DNA of 64,000 nt from Eledone cirrhosa (taxonomy: Eukaryota): the NCBI GenBank assembly GCA_964016885.1, contig OZ024757.1, positions 34,968,001-35,032,000 of the forward strand, in the 5' to 3' direction. The position numbers and the translations under genes were made by a program. Below are positions 50,901 through 64,000 of this stretch, piece by piece. A model generated the notes under the pieces. The model made no database searches. It was not told where the DNA came from and worked only from the letters and a program-made list of their open reading frames with translations. How positions within the stretch are numbered: position 1 is the first letter of the stretch; the number at the start of each line of letters is the position of its first letter.

Positions 50901-53900
50901 AAACGAGAGAGAGGAAGAGAGAGATGGAACGAGAGAGAGGAAGAGAGAGATGGAACGAGAGAGAGGAAGACAGAGATGAAACGAGAGAGAGAGAGAGCAA
51001 GATGAAACGAGAGAGAGAGATGAAACGAGAGAGAGGAAGAGAGAGATGGAACGAGAGAGAGGAAGACAGAGATGAAACGAGAGAGAGAGAGATTGAGATG
51101 AAACGAGAGAGTGAGAGCTAGATGAAACGAGAGAGAGAGGAAACGAGAGAGAGAGGAACCGAGAGAGAGAGGAAACGAGAGAGAGGAAACGAGAGAGAGG
51201 AAACGAGAGTAGAGAGCAAGATGAAACAGGAGAGAGAGAGCGAGATGAAATGAGAGGGAGGGAGAGATGAAACGAGAGAGCGAGAGTGAGATAGAGGGAG
51301 ATGAAACGAGAGAGTGATAGCTAGATGAAACGAGAGTGAGAGGAATAGAGAGATGGAACGAGAGAGAGGAAGACAGATATGAAACGAGAGAGAGAGAGAG
51401 CGAGATGAAACGAGAGAGAGGAAGAGAGAGAGCGCGAGATGAAATGAGAGAGAGAGAGAGCGAGATGAAACGAGAGAGAGAGAGCGAGTTGAAATGAGAG
51501 AGTGAGAGTGAGATGAAACGAGAGAGAGAGAGAGAGAGAGCGAGATGAAATGAGAGAGAGAGAGCGAGATGAAACGAGACAGAGAGAGCGAGATGAAACG
51601 AGAGTGGGAGAGCTAGATGAAACGAGAGAGAGAGGAAACGAGAGAGAGAGAGGAAACGAGAGAGACGAAACGAGAGAGAGGAAATGAGAGTAGAGAGCGA
51701 GATGAAACAGGAGAGAGAGAGCGAGATGAAACAGGAGAGAGAGAGCGAGATGAAACAGGAGAGAGAGAGCGAGATGAAACGAGAGGGAGAGAGAGATGAA
51801 ACGAGAGAGCGAGAGAGAGATCGAGGGAGATGAAACGACAGAGAGAGAGACAGATGAAACGAGGGAGATAGAGATGAAACGAGAGAGAGAGATGAAACGA
51901 GAGAGAGGAAGAGAGAGATGGAACGAGAGAGAGGAAGTCAGAGATGAAACGAGAGAGAGAGAGAGAGCAAGATGAAACGAGAGAGAGAGATGAAACGAGA
52001 GAGAGGAAGAGAGAGATGGAATGAGAGAGAGGAAGAGAGAGATGGAACGAGAGAGAGGAAGCCAGAGATGAAACGAGAGAGAGAGAGAGAGAGATGAAAC
52101 GAGAGAGAGGAAGAGAGAGAGAGCGCATGATGAAACGAGAGAGAGAGAGCGAGATGAAACGAGAGAGAGGAAGAGAGAGAGCGCGAGATGAAACGAGAGA
52201 GAGGAAGAGAGAGAGCGCGAGATGAAACGAGAGAGAGAGAGCGAGATGAAATGAGAGAGTGAGAGTGAGATCAAACGAGAGAGAGAGAGCGAGATGAAAT
52301 GAGAGAGAGAGAGCGAGATGAAATGAGAGAGAGAGAGCGAGATGAAACGAGACAGAGAGAGCGGGATGAAACGAGACAGAGAGATCGAGATGAAATGAGA
52401 GAGAGAGAGCAAGATGAAATGAGAGAGAGAGAGCGAGATGAAACGAGAGAGTGAGATCGAGATGGAACGAGTCAGAGAGAGCGAGATGAAACGAGAGAGT
52501 GAGAGCTAGATGAAACGAGTGAGAGGAAACGAGAGAGAGAGGAAACGCCAGAGAGGAAATGAGAGAGAGGAAACGAGAGTAGAGAGCAAGATGAAACAGG
52601 AGAGAGAGAGAGCGAGATGAAACCGGAGAGAGAGAGCGAGATGAAACGAGAGGGAGGGAGAGATGAAACGAGAGAGCGAGAGAGAGATAGAGGGAGATGA
52701 AACAAGAGAGTGACAGCTAGATGAAACGAGAGAGAGAGGAATAGAGAGATGGAACGAGAGAGAGGAAGACAGATATGAAACGAGAGAGAGGAAGAGAGAG
52801 AGCGCGAGATGAAATGAGAGAGAGAGAGAGCGAGATGAAACGAGAGAGAGGAAGAGAGAGAGCGCGAGATGAAAGTCTGTCATGTAATGTTATGGACATA
52901 TCTGCCCTTGGGGCTAATAATTGTCATTTAATGTTATGGACATATCTGCCCTTGGGGCTAATAATTGTCATGTAATGTTATGGATATCTCTGCCCCTGTG
53001 GCTAATAATTCTGTCATGTAATGTTATGGACATCTCTGCCTCTGTGGCTAATAATTCTGTCATGTAATGTTATGGACATCTCTGCCCCTGTGGCTAATAA
53101 ATCTGACATGTAATGTTATGGACATCTGTGCCCAATAAATCTGTCATGTAATGTTATGGACATCTCTGCCCCTGTGGCTAATAATTCTGAGAGAGATGAA
53201 ACAAGTGAGGGATTAGAGAGAGATGAAACAAGTGAGGGATTAGAGTGTTGAAACAAGAGAGAGGAAGAGAGAGTGAGAGCGAGATCAAACGAGAGAGAGA
53301 GAGCAAGATGAAATGAGAGAGAGAGAGCGAGATGAAACAAGACTGAGAGAGCGGGATGAAACGAGACAGAGAGAGCGAGAGCGAGATGAAACGAGACAGA
53401 GAGAGCGAGATGAAACGAGAGAGAGAGAGCGAGATGAAATGAGAGAGAGAGAGCGAGATGAAATGAGAGAGAGAGAGCGAGATGAAACGAGAGAGTGAGA
53501 GCGAGGTGGAACGAGAGAGAGAGAGAGAGAGCGAGATGAAATGAGAGAGAGAGAGCGAGATGAAACGAGACAGAGAGAGCGGGATGAAACGAGACAGAGA
53601 GAGCGAGAGCGAGATGAAACGAGACAGAGAGAGCGAGATGAAACGAGAGAGAGAGAGAGCGGGATGAAATGAGAGAGAGAGAGCGAGATGAAATGAGAGA
53701 GAGAGAGCGAGATGAAACGAGAGAGTGAGAGCGAGATGGAACGAGACAGAGAGAGCGAGATGAAACGAGAGTGGGAGAGCTAGATGAAACGAGAGAGAGA
53801 GGAAACGTGAGAGAGAGGAAACGAGAGAGACGAAACGAGAGAGAGGAAACGAGAGTAGAGAGCGAGATGAAACAGGAGAGAGAGAGCGAGATGAAACAGG

Positions 53901-56163
53901 AGAGAGATAGCGAGATGAAACGAGAGGGAGAGAGAGATGAAACGAGAGAGCGAGAGAGAGATAGAGGGAGATGAAACGACAGAGAGAGTGACAGATGAAA
54001 CGAGGGAGATAGAGATGAAACGAGAGAGAGGAAGAGAGAGATGGAACGAGAGAGAGGAAGAGAGAGATGGAACGAGAGAGAGGAAGACAGAGATGAAACG
54101 AGAGAGAGACAGAGCAAGATGAAACGAGAGAGAGAGATTAAACGAGAGAGAGGAAGAGAGAGATGGAACGAGAGAGAGGAAGAGAGAGATGGAACGAGAG
54201 AGAGGAAGACAGAGATGAAACGAGAGAGAGAGAGATCGAGATGAAACGAGAGAGAGGAAGAGAGAGAGCGCAAGATGAAACGAGAGAGAGAGAGAGAGAG
54301 CGAGATGAAACGAGAGAGAGGAAGAGAGAGAGCGCGAGATGAAACGAGAGAGAGTAAGAGAGAGAGCGCGAGATGAAACGAGAGAGTGAGAGCGAGATGA
54401 AATGAGAGAGAGAGAGAACGAGATGAAATGAGAGAGAGAGAGAGCGAGATGAAATGAGACATAGAGAGATGAAACGAGAGAGAGATGAAACGAGAAAGAG
54501 AGGAAACGAGAGAGTGGAAACAAGAGTAGAGAGCGAGATGAAACAGGAGTGAGAGAGCGAGATGAAACAGGAGAGAGAGAGTGAGATGAAACGAGAGTGA
54601 GGGAGAGATGAAACGAGAGAGCGAGAGAGAGATAGAGGGAAATGAAACGACAGAGAGAGAGACAGATGAAACGAGAGTGAGAGGAATAGAGAGATAGAAC
54701 GAGAGAGAGGAAGACAGATATGAAACGAGAGAGAGAGAGAGCGAGATGAAACGAGAGAGAGGAAGAGAGAGAGCGCGAGATGAAATGAGAGAGAGAGAGA
54801 GCGAGATGAAACGAGAGAGAGGAAGAGAGAGAGCGCGAGATGAAAAGAGAGAGAGAGAGAGAGCGAGATGAAAAGAGAGAGAGGAAGACAGAGAGCGCGA
54901 GATGAAACGAGAGAGAGAGAGCGAGATGAAATGAGAGAGTGAGGGTGAGATGAAACGAGAGAGAGAGAGATAGCGAGATGAAATGTGAGAGAGAGAGCGA
55001 GATGAAATGAGAGAGAGAGAGAGCGAGATGAAACGAGACAGAGAAAGCGGGATGAAACAAGACAGAGAGATCGAGAGGAAATGAGAGACAGAGAGAGCAA
55101 GATGAAACGAGAGAGTGAGAGCGAGATGGAACGAGACAGAGAGAGCGAGATGAAACGAGAGAGTGAGGAAACGAGAGAGAGAGGAAACGAGACAGAGAAA
55201 ACGAGAGTAGAGAGCGAGATGAAACAGGAGAGAGAGAGAGCGAGATCAAACAGGAGACTGAGAGCGAGATGAAACGAGAGGGAGGGAGAGATGAAACGAG
55301 AGAGCGAGAGAGAGATAGAGGGAGATGAAACTACAGAGAGAGAGACAGATGAAACGAGGGAGATAGATATGAAACGAGAGAGCGAGATGAAACGAGAGAG
55401 TGAGAGCGAGATGGAACGAGACAGAGAGAGCGAGATGAAACGAGAAAGAGAGAGCGAGATGTAATGAGAGAGAGAGAGAGTGGGATGGAACGAGACAGAG
55501 AGGAAACGAGAAAGAGAGGAAACGAGAGAGAGAGAGGAAACGAGAGAGAGGAAACGAGAGTAGAGAGCGAGATGAAACAGGAGAGAGAGAGCGAGATGAA
55601 ACAGGAGAGAGAGAGCGAGATGAAACGAGAGGGAGGGAGAGATGAAACGAGAGAAGGAGAGAGAGATAGAGGGAGATGAAACGACAGAGAGGGAGACAGA
55701 TGAAACGAGGGAGATAGAGATGAAACGAGAGAGGAAGAGAGAGATGGAACGAGAGAGAGGAAGAGAGAGATGAAACGAGAGAGAGGAAGACAGAGATGAA
55801 TAGAGAGAGAGAGAGAGAGCGAGATGAAACGAGAGAGAGGAAGAGAGAGAGCGCGAGATGAAACGAGAGAGAGAGAGCGCGAGATGAAACTCTGTCATGT
55901 AATGTTATGGACATATCTGCCCTTGGGGCTAATAATTGTCATGTAATGTTATGGACGTCTCTGCCCCTGTGGCTAATAATTCTGTCATGTAATGTTATGG
56001 ACATCTCTGCCCCTATGGCTAATAATTATGTCATGTAATGTTATGGACATCTCCGCCCCTGTGGCTAATAATTCTGACATGTAATGTTATGGACATCTCT
56101 GCCCCTCTGGCTAATAATTCTGACATGTAATGTTATGGACATCTCTGCCCCTGTGGCTAATAA
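44921..56163 (-). repeat. Left arm of the composite satellite: seven 46-bp blocks alternating with six GA-rich tracts
   Basis: GA tracts at about 45112-45769, 46318-46969, 47108-47731, 48238-49945, 50258-52877, 53189-55891, with 46-bp blocks between them, all in reverse orientation. Confidence 0.95.
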
Positions 56164-56170
56164 ATCAGAA

Positions 56171-59100
56171 TTATTAGCCACAGGGGCAGAGATGTCCATA
56201 ACATTACATGTCAGAATTATTAGCCACAGGGGCAGAGATGTCCATAACATTACATGTCAGAATTATTAGCCACAGGGACAGAGATGTCCATAACATTACA
56301 TGTCAGAATTATTAGCCAGAGGGGCAGAGATGTCCATAACATTACATGTCAGAATTATTAGCCACAGGGGCAGAGATGTCCATAACATTACATGACAGAT
56401 TTATTAGCCACAGGGGCAGAGATGTCCATAACACTACATGTCAGAATTATTAGCCACAGGGGCAGAGATGTCGATAACATTACATTACATAATTATTAGC
56501 CACAGGGGCAGAGATGTCCATAACATTACATGACAATTATTAGCCCCAAGGGCAGATATGTCCATAACATTACATGACAGACTTTCATCTCGCGCTCTCT
56601 CTCTCCCTCGTTTCATCTCGCGCTCTCTCTCTTCCTCTCTCTCGTTTCAACTCGCTCTCTCTCGTTTCATCTCGCGTTAACTCTCTTCCTCTCTCTCGTT
56701 TCATCTCGCTCTCTCTCTCTCGTTTCATCTCTGTCTTCCTCTCTCTCGTTCCATCTCTCTCTTCCTCTCTCTCGTTCCATCTCTCTCTTCCTCTCTCTCG
56801 TTTCATCTCTCTCTCTCGTTTCATCTCTCTCTCTCGTTTCATCTCTATCTCCCTCGTTTCATCTGTCTCTCTCTCTGTCGTTTCATCTCCCTCTAACTCT
56901 CTCTCGCTCTCTCGTTTCATCTCTCTCTCCCTCTCGTTTCATCTCGCTCTCTCTCTCCTGTTTCATCTCGCTCTCTCTCTCCTGTTTCATCTCGCTCTCT
57001 CTCTCCTGTTTCATCTCGCTCTCTCTCTCCTGTTTCATCTCGCTCTCTACTCTCGTTTCCTCTCTCTCATATCCTCTCTCTCGTTTCCTCTCTCTCTCGT
57101 TTCCTCTAGCTCTCACTCTCTCGTTTCATCTCGCTCTCTCTCTCTCATTTCATCTCGCTCTCTCTCTCTCATTTCATCTCGCTCTCTCTGTCTCGTTTCA
57201 TTTCGCTCTCTCTCTCTCTCATTTCATCTCGCTATCTCTATCTCGTTTCATCCCGCTCTCTCTGTCTCGTTTCATCTCGCTCTCTCTCTCTCATTTCATC
57301 TCGCTCTCTTTCTCTCATTTCATCTCGCTCTCTCTCTCTCTCGTTTCATCTCGCTCTCACTCTCTCATTTCATCTCGCTCTCTCTCTCTCGTTTGATCTC
57401 GCTCTCACTCTCTCTTCCTCTCTCTCTCTTGTTTCAACACTCTAATCCCTCACTTGTTTCATCTCTCTCAGATTTATTAGCCACAGGGGCAGAGATGTCC
57501 ATAACATTACATGACGAATTTATTAGCCACAGGGGCAGAGATGTCCATAACATTACATGACAGAATTATTAGCCACAGGGGCAGAGATGTCCATAACATT
57601 ACATGACATAATTATTAGCCACAGGGGCAGAGATGTCCATAACATTACATGACTGAATTATTACCACAGGGGCAGAGATGTACATAACATTACATGACAA
57701 TTATTAGCCCCAAGGGCAGATATGTCCATAACATTACATGACAATTATTAGCCCCATGGGCAGATATGTCCATAACATTACATGACAGACTTTCATCTCG
57801 CGCTCCCTCTCTCTCGTTTCATCTCGCCCTCTCTCTCTTCCTCTCTCTCGTTTCATCTCGCTCTCTCTCTCTCTCGTTTCATCTCGCTCTCTCTCTCTCT
57901 CGTTTCATCTTTGTCTTCCTCTCTCTCGTTCCATTTCTCTCTTCCTCTCTCTCTCGTTCCATCTCTCTCTCGTTTCATCTAGCTCTCACTCTCTCGTTTC
58001 ATCTCGCTCTCTCGTTTCATCTCTATCTCCCTCGTACATCTGTCTCCCTCTCTGTCATTTCATCTCCCTCTATCTCTCTCTCGCTCTCTCGTTTCATCTC
58101 TCCCCCCCCTCTCGTTTCATCTCGCTCTCTCACTCCTGTTTCATCTCGCTCTCTCTCTCCTGTTTCATCTCGCTCTCTACTCTCATTCCATCTCTCTCTC
58201 GTTTCATCTAGCTCACACTCTCTCGTTTCATCTCGCTCTCTCTGTCTCGTTCCATCTCGCTCTTTCTGTCTCGTTTCATCTCGCTCTCTCTCTCTCATTT
58301 CATCTCGCTCTCTCTCTCTCATTTCATCTCGCTCACTCTCTCTCTCTCGTTTCATCTCACTCTCACTCTCTCATTTCATCTCGCTCTCTCTCTCTCTCGT
58401 TTCATCTCACGCTCTCTCTCTTCCTCTCTCTCGTTTCATCTCGCTCTCTATCTCTCTCTCGTTTCATCACGCGCTCTCTCTCTTCCTCTCTCTCTTTTCA
58501 TCTCTCTCTCTCTCTCTCTCCTTTCATCTCTCTCTTCCTCTCTCTCGTCCCATCTCTCTCTTCCTCTCTCTCGTTTCATCTCTCTCTCTCGTTTCATCTC
58601 TATCTCCCTCGTTTCATCTGTCTCTCTCTCTGTCGTTTCATCTCCCTCTATCTCTCTCTCGCTCTCTCGTTTCATCTCTCTCTCCCTCTCGTTTCATCTC
58701 GCTCTCTCTCTCCTGTTTCATCTCGCTCTCTCTCTCTCCTGTTTCATCTCGCTCTCTACTCTCGTTTCCTCTCTCTCGTTTCCTCTCTCTCTCATTTCCT
58801 CTCTCTCTCGTTTCATGTAGCTCTCACTCTCTCGTTTCATCTCGCTCTCTCTCTCTCATTTCATCTCGCTCTCTCTCTCTCGTTTCATCTCGCTCTCTCT
58901 GTCTCGTTTCATCTCGCTCTCTCTGTCTCTCATTTCATCTCGCTCTCTCTGTCTCGTTTCATCCCGCTCTCTCTGTCTCGTTTCATCTCGCTCTCTCTCT
59001 CTCATTTCATCTCACTCCCACTCTCTCATTTCATCTCGCTCTCTCTCTCTCGTTTCATCTCGCTCTCACTCTCTCTTCCTCTTTCTCTCTTGTTTCAACA

Positions 59101-62100
59101 CTTTAATCCCTCACTTGTTTCATCTCTCTCTAATCCCTCACTTGTTTCATCTCTCTCAGAATTATTAGCCACAGGGGCAGAGATGTCCATAACGTTACAT
59201 GTCAGAATTATTAGCCACAGGGGCAGAGATGTCCATAACATTACATGTCAGAATTATTAGCCACAGGGGCAGAGATGTCCATAACATTACATGACAGATT
59301 TATTAGCCACAGGGGCAGAGATGTCCATAACATTACATGACGAATTTATTAGCCACAGGGGCAGAGATGTCCATAATATTACATGACAGAATTATTAGCC
59401 ACAGGGGCAGAGATGGCCATAACATTACATGACAGAATTATTAGCCACAGGGGCAGAGATGTCCATAACATTACATGACAATTATTAGCCCCTAGGGCAG
59501 ATATGTCCATAACATTACTTGACAGACTTTCATCTGGCGCTCTCTCGTTTCATCTCTTCCTCTCTCTCGTTTCATCTCACTCTCTCTCTCTCTCGTTTCA
59601 TCTCGCACTCTCTCTCTTCCTCTCTCTCGTTTTATCTTGCTCTCTCTCTCTCTCGTTTCATCTCTATCTCCCTCGTTTCATCTGTCTCTCTCTCTGTCGT
59701 TTCATCTCCCTCTATCTCTCTCTCGCTCTCTCGTTTCATCTCTCTCTCCCTCTCGTTTCATCTCGCTCTCTCTCTCCTGTTTCATCTCGCTCTCTCTCTC
59801 TCCTGTTTCATCTCGCTCTCTACTCTCGTTTCCTCTCTCTCGTATCCTCTCTCTCGTTTCCTCTCTCTCTCGTTTCCTCTCTCTCTCGTTTCCTCTAGCT
59901 CTCACTCTCTCGTTTCATCTCGCTCTCTCTCTCTCATTTCATCTCGCTCTCTCTCTCTCGTTTCATCTCGCTCTCTCTCTCTCTCTCGTTTCATCTTTGT
60001 CTTCCTCTCTCTCGTTCCATTTCTCTCTTCCTCTCTCTCTCGTTCCATCTCTCTCTCGTTTCATCTCGCTCTCTCGTTTCATCTCTATCTCCCTCGTTTC
60101 ATCTGTCTCTCTCTCTGTCGTTTCATCTCCCTCTATCTCTCTCTCGCTCTCTCGTTTCATCTCTCCCTCCCTCTCGTTTCATCTCGCTCTCTCACTCCTG
60201 TTTCATCTCGCTCTCTCTCTCCTGTTTCATCTCGCTCTCTCTCTCCTGTTTCATCTCGCTCTCTACTCTCGTTCCATCTCTCTCTCGTTTCATCTAGCTC
60301 ACACTCTCTCGTTTCATCTCGCTCTCTCTGTCTCGTTCCATCTCGCTCTCACTCTCTCGTTTCATCTCGCTCTCTCTGTCTCTCATTTCATCTCGATCTC
60401 TCTGTCTCGTTTCATCCCGCTCTTTCTGTCTCTTTTCATCTCGCTCTCTCTCTCTCATTTCATCTCGCTCTCTCTCTCTCGTTTCATCTCTCTCTCACTC
60501 TCTCATTTCATCTCGCGCTCTCTCTCTCTCGTTTCATCTCGCGCTCTCTCTCTCTTCCTCTCTCTCGTTTCATCTCGCTCTCTCTCTCTCTCTCGTTTCA
60601 TCACGCGCTCTCTCTCTTCCTCTCTCTCGTTTCATCTCGATCTCTCTCTCTGTCGTTTCATCTCTGTCTTCCTCTCTCTCGTTCCATCTCTCTCTTCCTC
60701 TCTCTCGTTCCATCTCTCTCTTCCTCTCTCTCGTTTCATCTCTCTCTCTCGTTTCATCTCTATCTCCCTCGTTTCATCTGTCTCTCTCTCTGTCGTTTCA
60801 TCTCCCTCTATCTCTTTCTCGCTCTCTCGTTTCATCTCTCTCTCCCTCTCGTTTCATCTCGCACTCTCTCTCCTGTTTCATCTCGCTCTCTCTCTCTCCT
60901 GTTTCATCTCGCTCTCTACTCTCGTTTCCTCTCTCTCGTTTCCTCTCTCTCGTTTCCTCTCTCTCGTTTCCTCTCTCTCTCGTTTCCTCTCTCTCTCGTT
61001 TCATGTAGCTCTCACTCTCTCGTTTCATCTCGCTCTCTCTCTCTCATTTCATCTCGCTCTCTCTCTCTCATTTCATCTCGCTGTCTCTGTCTCGTTTCAT
61101 CTCGCTCTCTCTGTCTCTCATTTCATCTCGCTCTCTCTGTCTCGTTTCATCCCGCTCTCTCTGTCTCGTTTCCTATCGCTCTCTCTCTCTCATTTCATCT
61201 CACTCTCTCTCTCTCATTTCATCTCGCTCTCTCTCTCTCGTTTCATCTCGCTCTCACTCTCTCATTTCATCTCGCTCTCTCTCTCTCGTTTGATCTCGCT
61301 CTCACTCTCTCTTCCTCTCTCTCTCTTGTTTCAACACTTTAATCCCTCACTTGTTTCATCTCTCTCTAATCCCTCACTTGTTTCATCTCTCTCAGAATTA
61401 TTAGCCACAGGGGCAGAGATGTCCATAACGTTACATGTCAGAATTATTAGCCACAGGGGCAGAGATGTCCATAACATTACATGTCAGAATTATTAGCCAC
61501 AGGGGCAGAGATGTCCATAACATTACATGTCAGAATTATTAGCCACAGGGGCAGAGATGTCCATAACATTACATGATAGATTTATTAGCCACAGGGGCAG
61601 AGATGTCCATAACATTACATGACAGAATTATTAGCCACAGGGGCAGAGATGGCCATAACATTACATGACAGAATTATTAGCCACAGGGGCAGATATGTCC
61701 ATAACATTACATGACAGACTTTCATCTCGCGCTCTCTCGTTTCATCTCGCTCTCTCTCTCTTCCTCTCTCTCGTTTCATCTCACTCTCTCTCTTTCTCGT
61801 TTCATCTCGCACTCTCTCTCTTCCTCTCTCTCGTTTTATCTTGCTCTCTCTCTCTCTCGTTTCATCTCTGTCTTCCTCTCTCTCGTTCCATCTCTCTCTT
61901 CCTCTCTCTCGTTTCATCTCTCTCTCTCGTTTCAACTCTATCTCCCTCGTTTCATCTGTCTCTCTCTCTGTCGTTTCATCTCCCTCTATCTCTCTCTCGC
62001 TCTCTCGTTTCATCTCTCTCTCCCTCTCGTTTCATCTCGCTCTCACTCTCTCATTTCATCTCGCTCTCTCTCTCTCTAGTTTGATCTCGCTCTCACTCTC

Positions 62101-63570
62101 TTTTCCTCTCTCTCTCTTGTTTCAACACTCTAATCCCTCACTTGTTTCATCTCTCTCAGAATTATTAGCCACAGGGGCAGAGATGTCCATAACTTTACAT
62201 GTCAGAATTATTAGCCACAGGGGCAGAGATGTCCATAACATTACATGACAGTTTTATTAGCCACAGGGGCAGAGATGTCCATAACATTACATGACGAATT
62301 TATTAGCCACAGGGGCAGAGATGTCCATAACATTACATGACAGAATTATTAGCCACAGGGGCAGAGATGTCCATAACATTACATGACATAATTATTAGCC
62401 ACAGGGGCAGAGATGTCCATAACATTACATGACAGAATTATTAGCCACAGGGGCAGATATGTCCATAACATTACATGACAATTATTAGCCCCAAGGGCAG
62501 ATATGTCCATAACATTACATGACAGACTTACATCTCACGCTCTCTCTCTCTCTCGTTTCATCTCGCGCTCTCTCTCTTCCTCTCTCTCGTTTCATCTCGC
62601 TCTCTCTCTCTCTCTTGTTTCATCTCGCGCTCTCTCTCTTCTTCTCTCTCGTTTCATCTCGCTCTCTCTGTCTCTCGTTTCAACTTTGTCTTCCTCTCTC
62701 TCGTTCCATCTCTCTCTTCCTCTCTCTCTCGTTCCATCTCTCTCTCGTTTCATCTAGCTCTCACTCTCTCGTTTCATCTCGCTCTCTCTGTCTCGTTCCA
62801 TCTCGCTCTCTCTCTCTCGTTTCATCTCTATCTCCCACGTTTCATCTGTCTCTCTCTCTGTCATTTCATCTCCCTCTATCTCTCTCTCGCTCTCCCGTTT
62901 CATCTCTACCTCCCTCTCGTTTCATCTCGCTCTCTCACTCCTGTTTCATCTCGCTCTCTCTCTCCTGTTTAATCTCGCTCTCTACTCTCGTTCCATCTCT
63001 CTCTCGTTTCATCTAGCTCTCACTCTCTCGTTTCATCTCGCTCTCTCTGTCTCTCATTTCATCTCGATCTCTCTGTCTCGTTTCATCCCGCTCTCTCTCT
63101 CTCGTTTCATCTCACTCTCACTCTCTCATTTCATCTCGCTCTCTCTCTCTCGTTTCATCTCGCGCTCTCTCTCTTCCTCTCTCTCGTTTCATCTCGCTCT
63201 CTCTCTCTCGTTTCATCACGCGTTCTCTCTCTTCCTCTCTCTCGTTTCATCTCTCTCTCTCGTTTCATCTCTATCTCCCTCGTTTCATCTGTCTCTCTCT
63301 CTGTCGTTTCATCTCCCTCTATCTCTCTCTCGCTCTCTCGTTTCATCTCTCTCTCCCTCTCGTTTCAACTCGCTCTCTCTCTCCTGTTTCATCTCGCTCT
63401 CTCTCTCTCCTGTTTCATCTCGCTCTCTACTCTCGTTTCCTCTCTCTCGTTTCCTCTCTCTCGTTTCCTCTCTCTCTCGTTTCCTCTCTCTCTCGTTTCA
63501 TTTAGCTCTCACTCTCTCGTTTCATCTCGCTCTCTCTCTCTCATTTCATCTCGCTCTCTCTCTCTCGTTT
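56171..63570 (+). repeat. Right arm of the composite satellite: five 46-bp blocks alternating with five CT-rich tracts
   Basis: CT tracts at about 56580-57469, 57788-59157, 59525-61393, 61717-62157, 62525-63570. Confidence 0.95.
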
Positions 63571-63658
63571 CCATAGAAAAGGTAAAGAAAAGAAGAATGC
63601 TCTATGTATTGTACAGAGCTATTTAATTACATAATAAACAACAGAATATAATTATTCC

Positions 63659-64000
63659 ATGCAAATAGACTTAGAATGGAAAACATTCAGACAGAGAAGA
63701 ATGGGTAATGAGCGTCGTAAGAGAAATTGGCCAACAATTAATATTAATGGAAATGTAGAAGAATTTCATATTAGTGATATGAATGTTTCGTGTGATCACT
63801 GTGGAGCTTTGAAATTTAGAAATGAAAATTGTAACTGTTGTAATAAAGGAAAGGTTGTGTTGCCACCATTGCAAATATACCCTGAGAGACTGAGAAATCT
63901 CTTTGAAAGAGGCCAGGAAGCAGTTGATTTCACAGAAACATCTGCAATTAAAACTACATTTATTTCACTTCATTTGGTGTTACCACCCGGCAGAGGCCCG
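63659..64000 (+). pseudogene. 5' part of the Helitron RepHel pseudogene in inverted orientation, running off the window
   Basis: 63568-64000 is the reverse complement of 44411-44843 with a few SNPs and encodes MQIDLEWKTFRQRR..CDHCGALKF..CNCCNKGKVVLPPL. Confidence 0.9.

Noticed and set aside
45080-63346. Long Ser/Leu-rich and Arg/Glu-rich ORFs (up to 632 aa)
   Set aside because: They are translations of the stop-poor GA/CT satellite, open in several overlapping frames on both strands, with no domain signal.

Overview
Eukaryotic, AT-rich, gene-free repeat DNA. The tRNA-derived SINE it carries resembles the CORE-type SINEs known from Octopus, so a cephalopod source is likely (inference). No intact protein-coding gene is supported. 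Positions 1-44920 are a head-to-tail array of two related units. The long unit B (about 10-12 kb; 2681-12732, 12733-24720, 35516-44920) carries a minus-strand, internally deleted Helitron Rep/PIF1-helicase pseudogene with a SINE inserted in it, CRE-like non-LTR endonuclease remnants, hAT-like MITE pieces arranged as fold-backs, and a 55-bp VNTR. The short unit A (about 2.68 kb; 1-2680 and four tandem copies at 24721-35515) is unit B with about 8.2 kb replaced by an about 0.8-kb array of an 89-bp double-hairpin repeat. That array flips orientation internally and ends in a perfect 61-bp snap-back of Helitron sequence. Positions 44921-63570 are an about 18.6-kb composite satellite (46-bp minisatellite blocks alternating with GA/CT tracts built on GAGATGAAAC). 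It inverts at about 56167 and is flanked by inverted copies of the Helitron 5' region, making a giant imperfect fold-back. One unamplified copy of the satellite module is inserted in the second Helitron copy. The recurring theme is that breakpoints cluster in the Helitron 5' portion and are filled by self-inverting satellite arrays. All protein family calls are by-eye motif recognition, not database searches.
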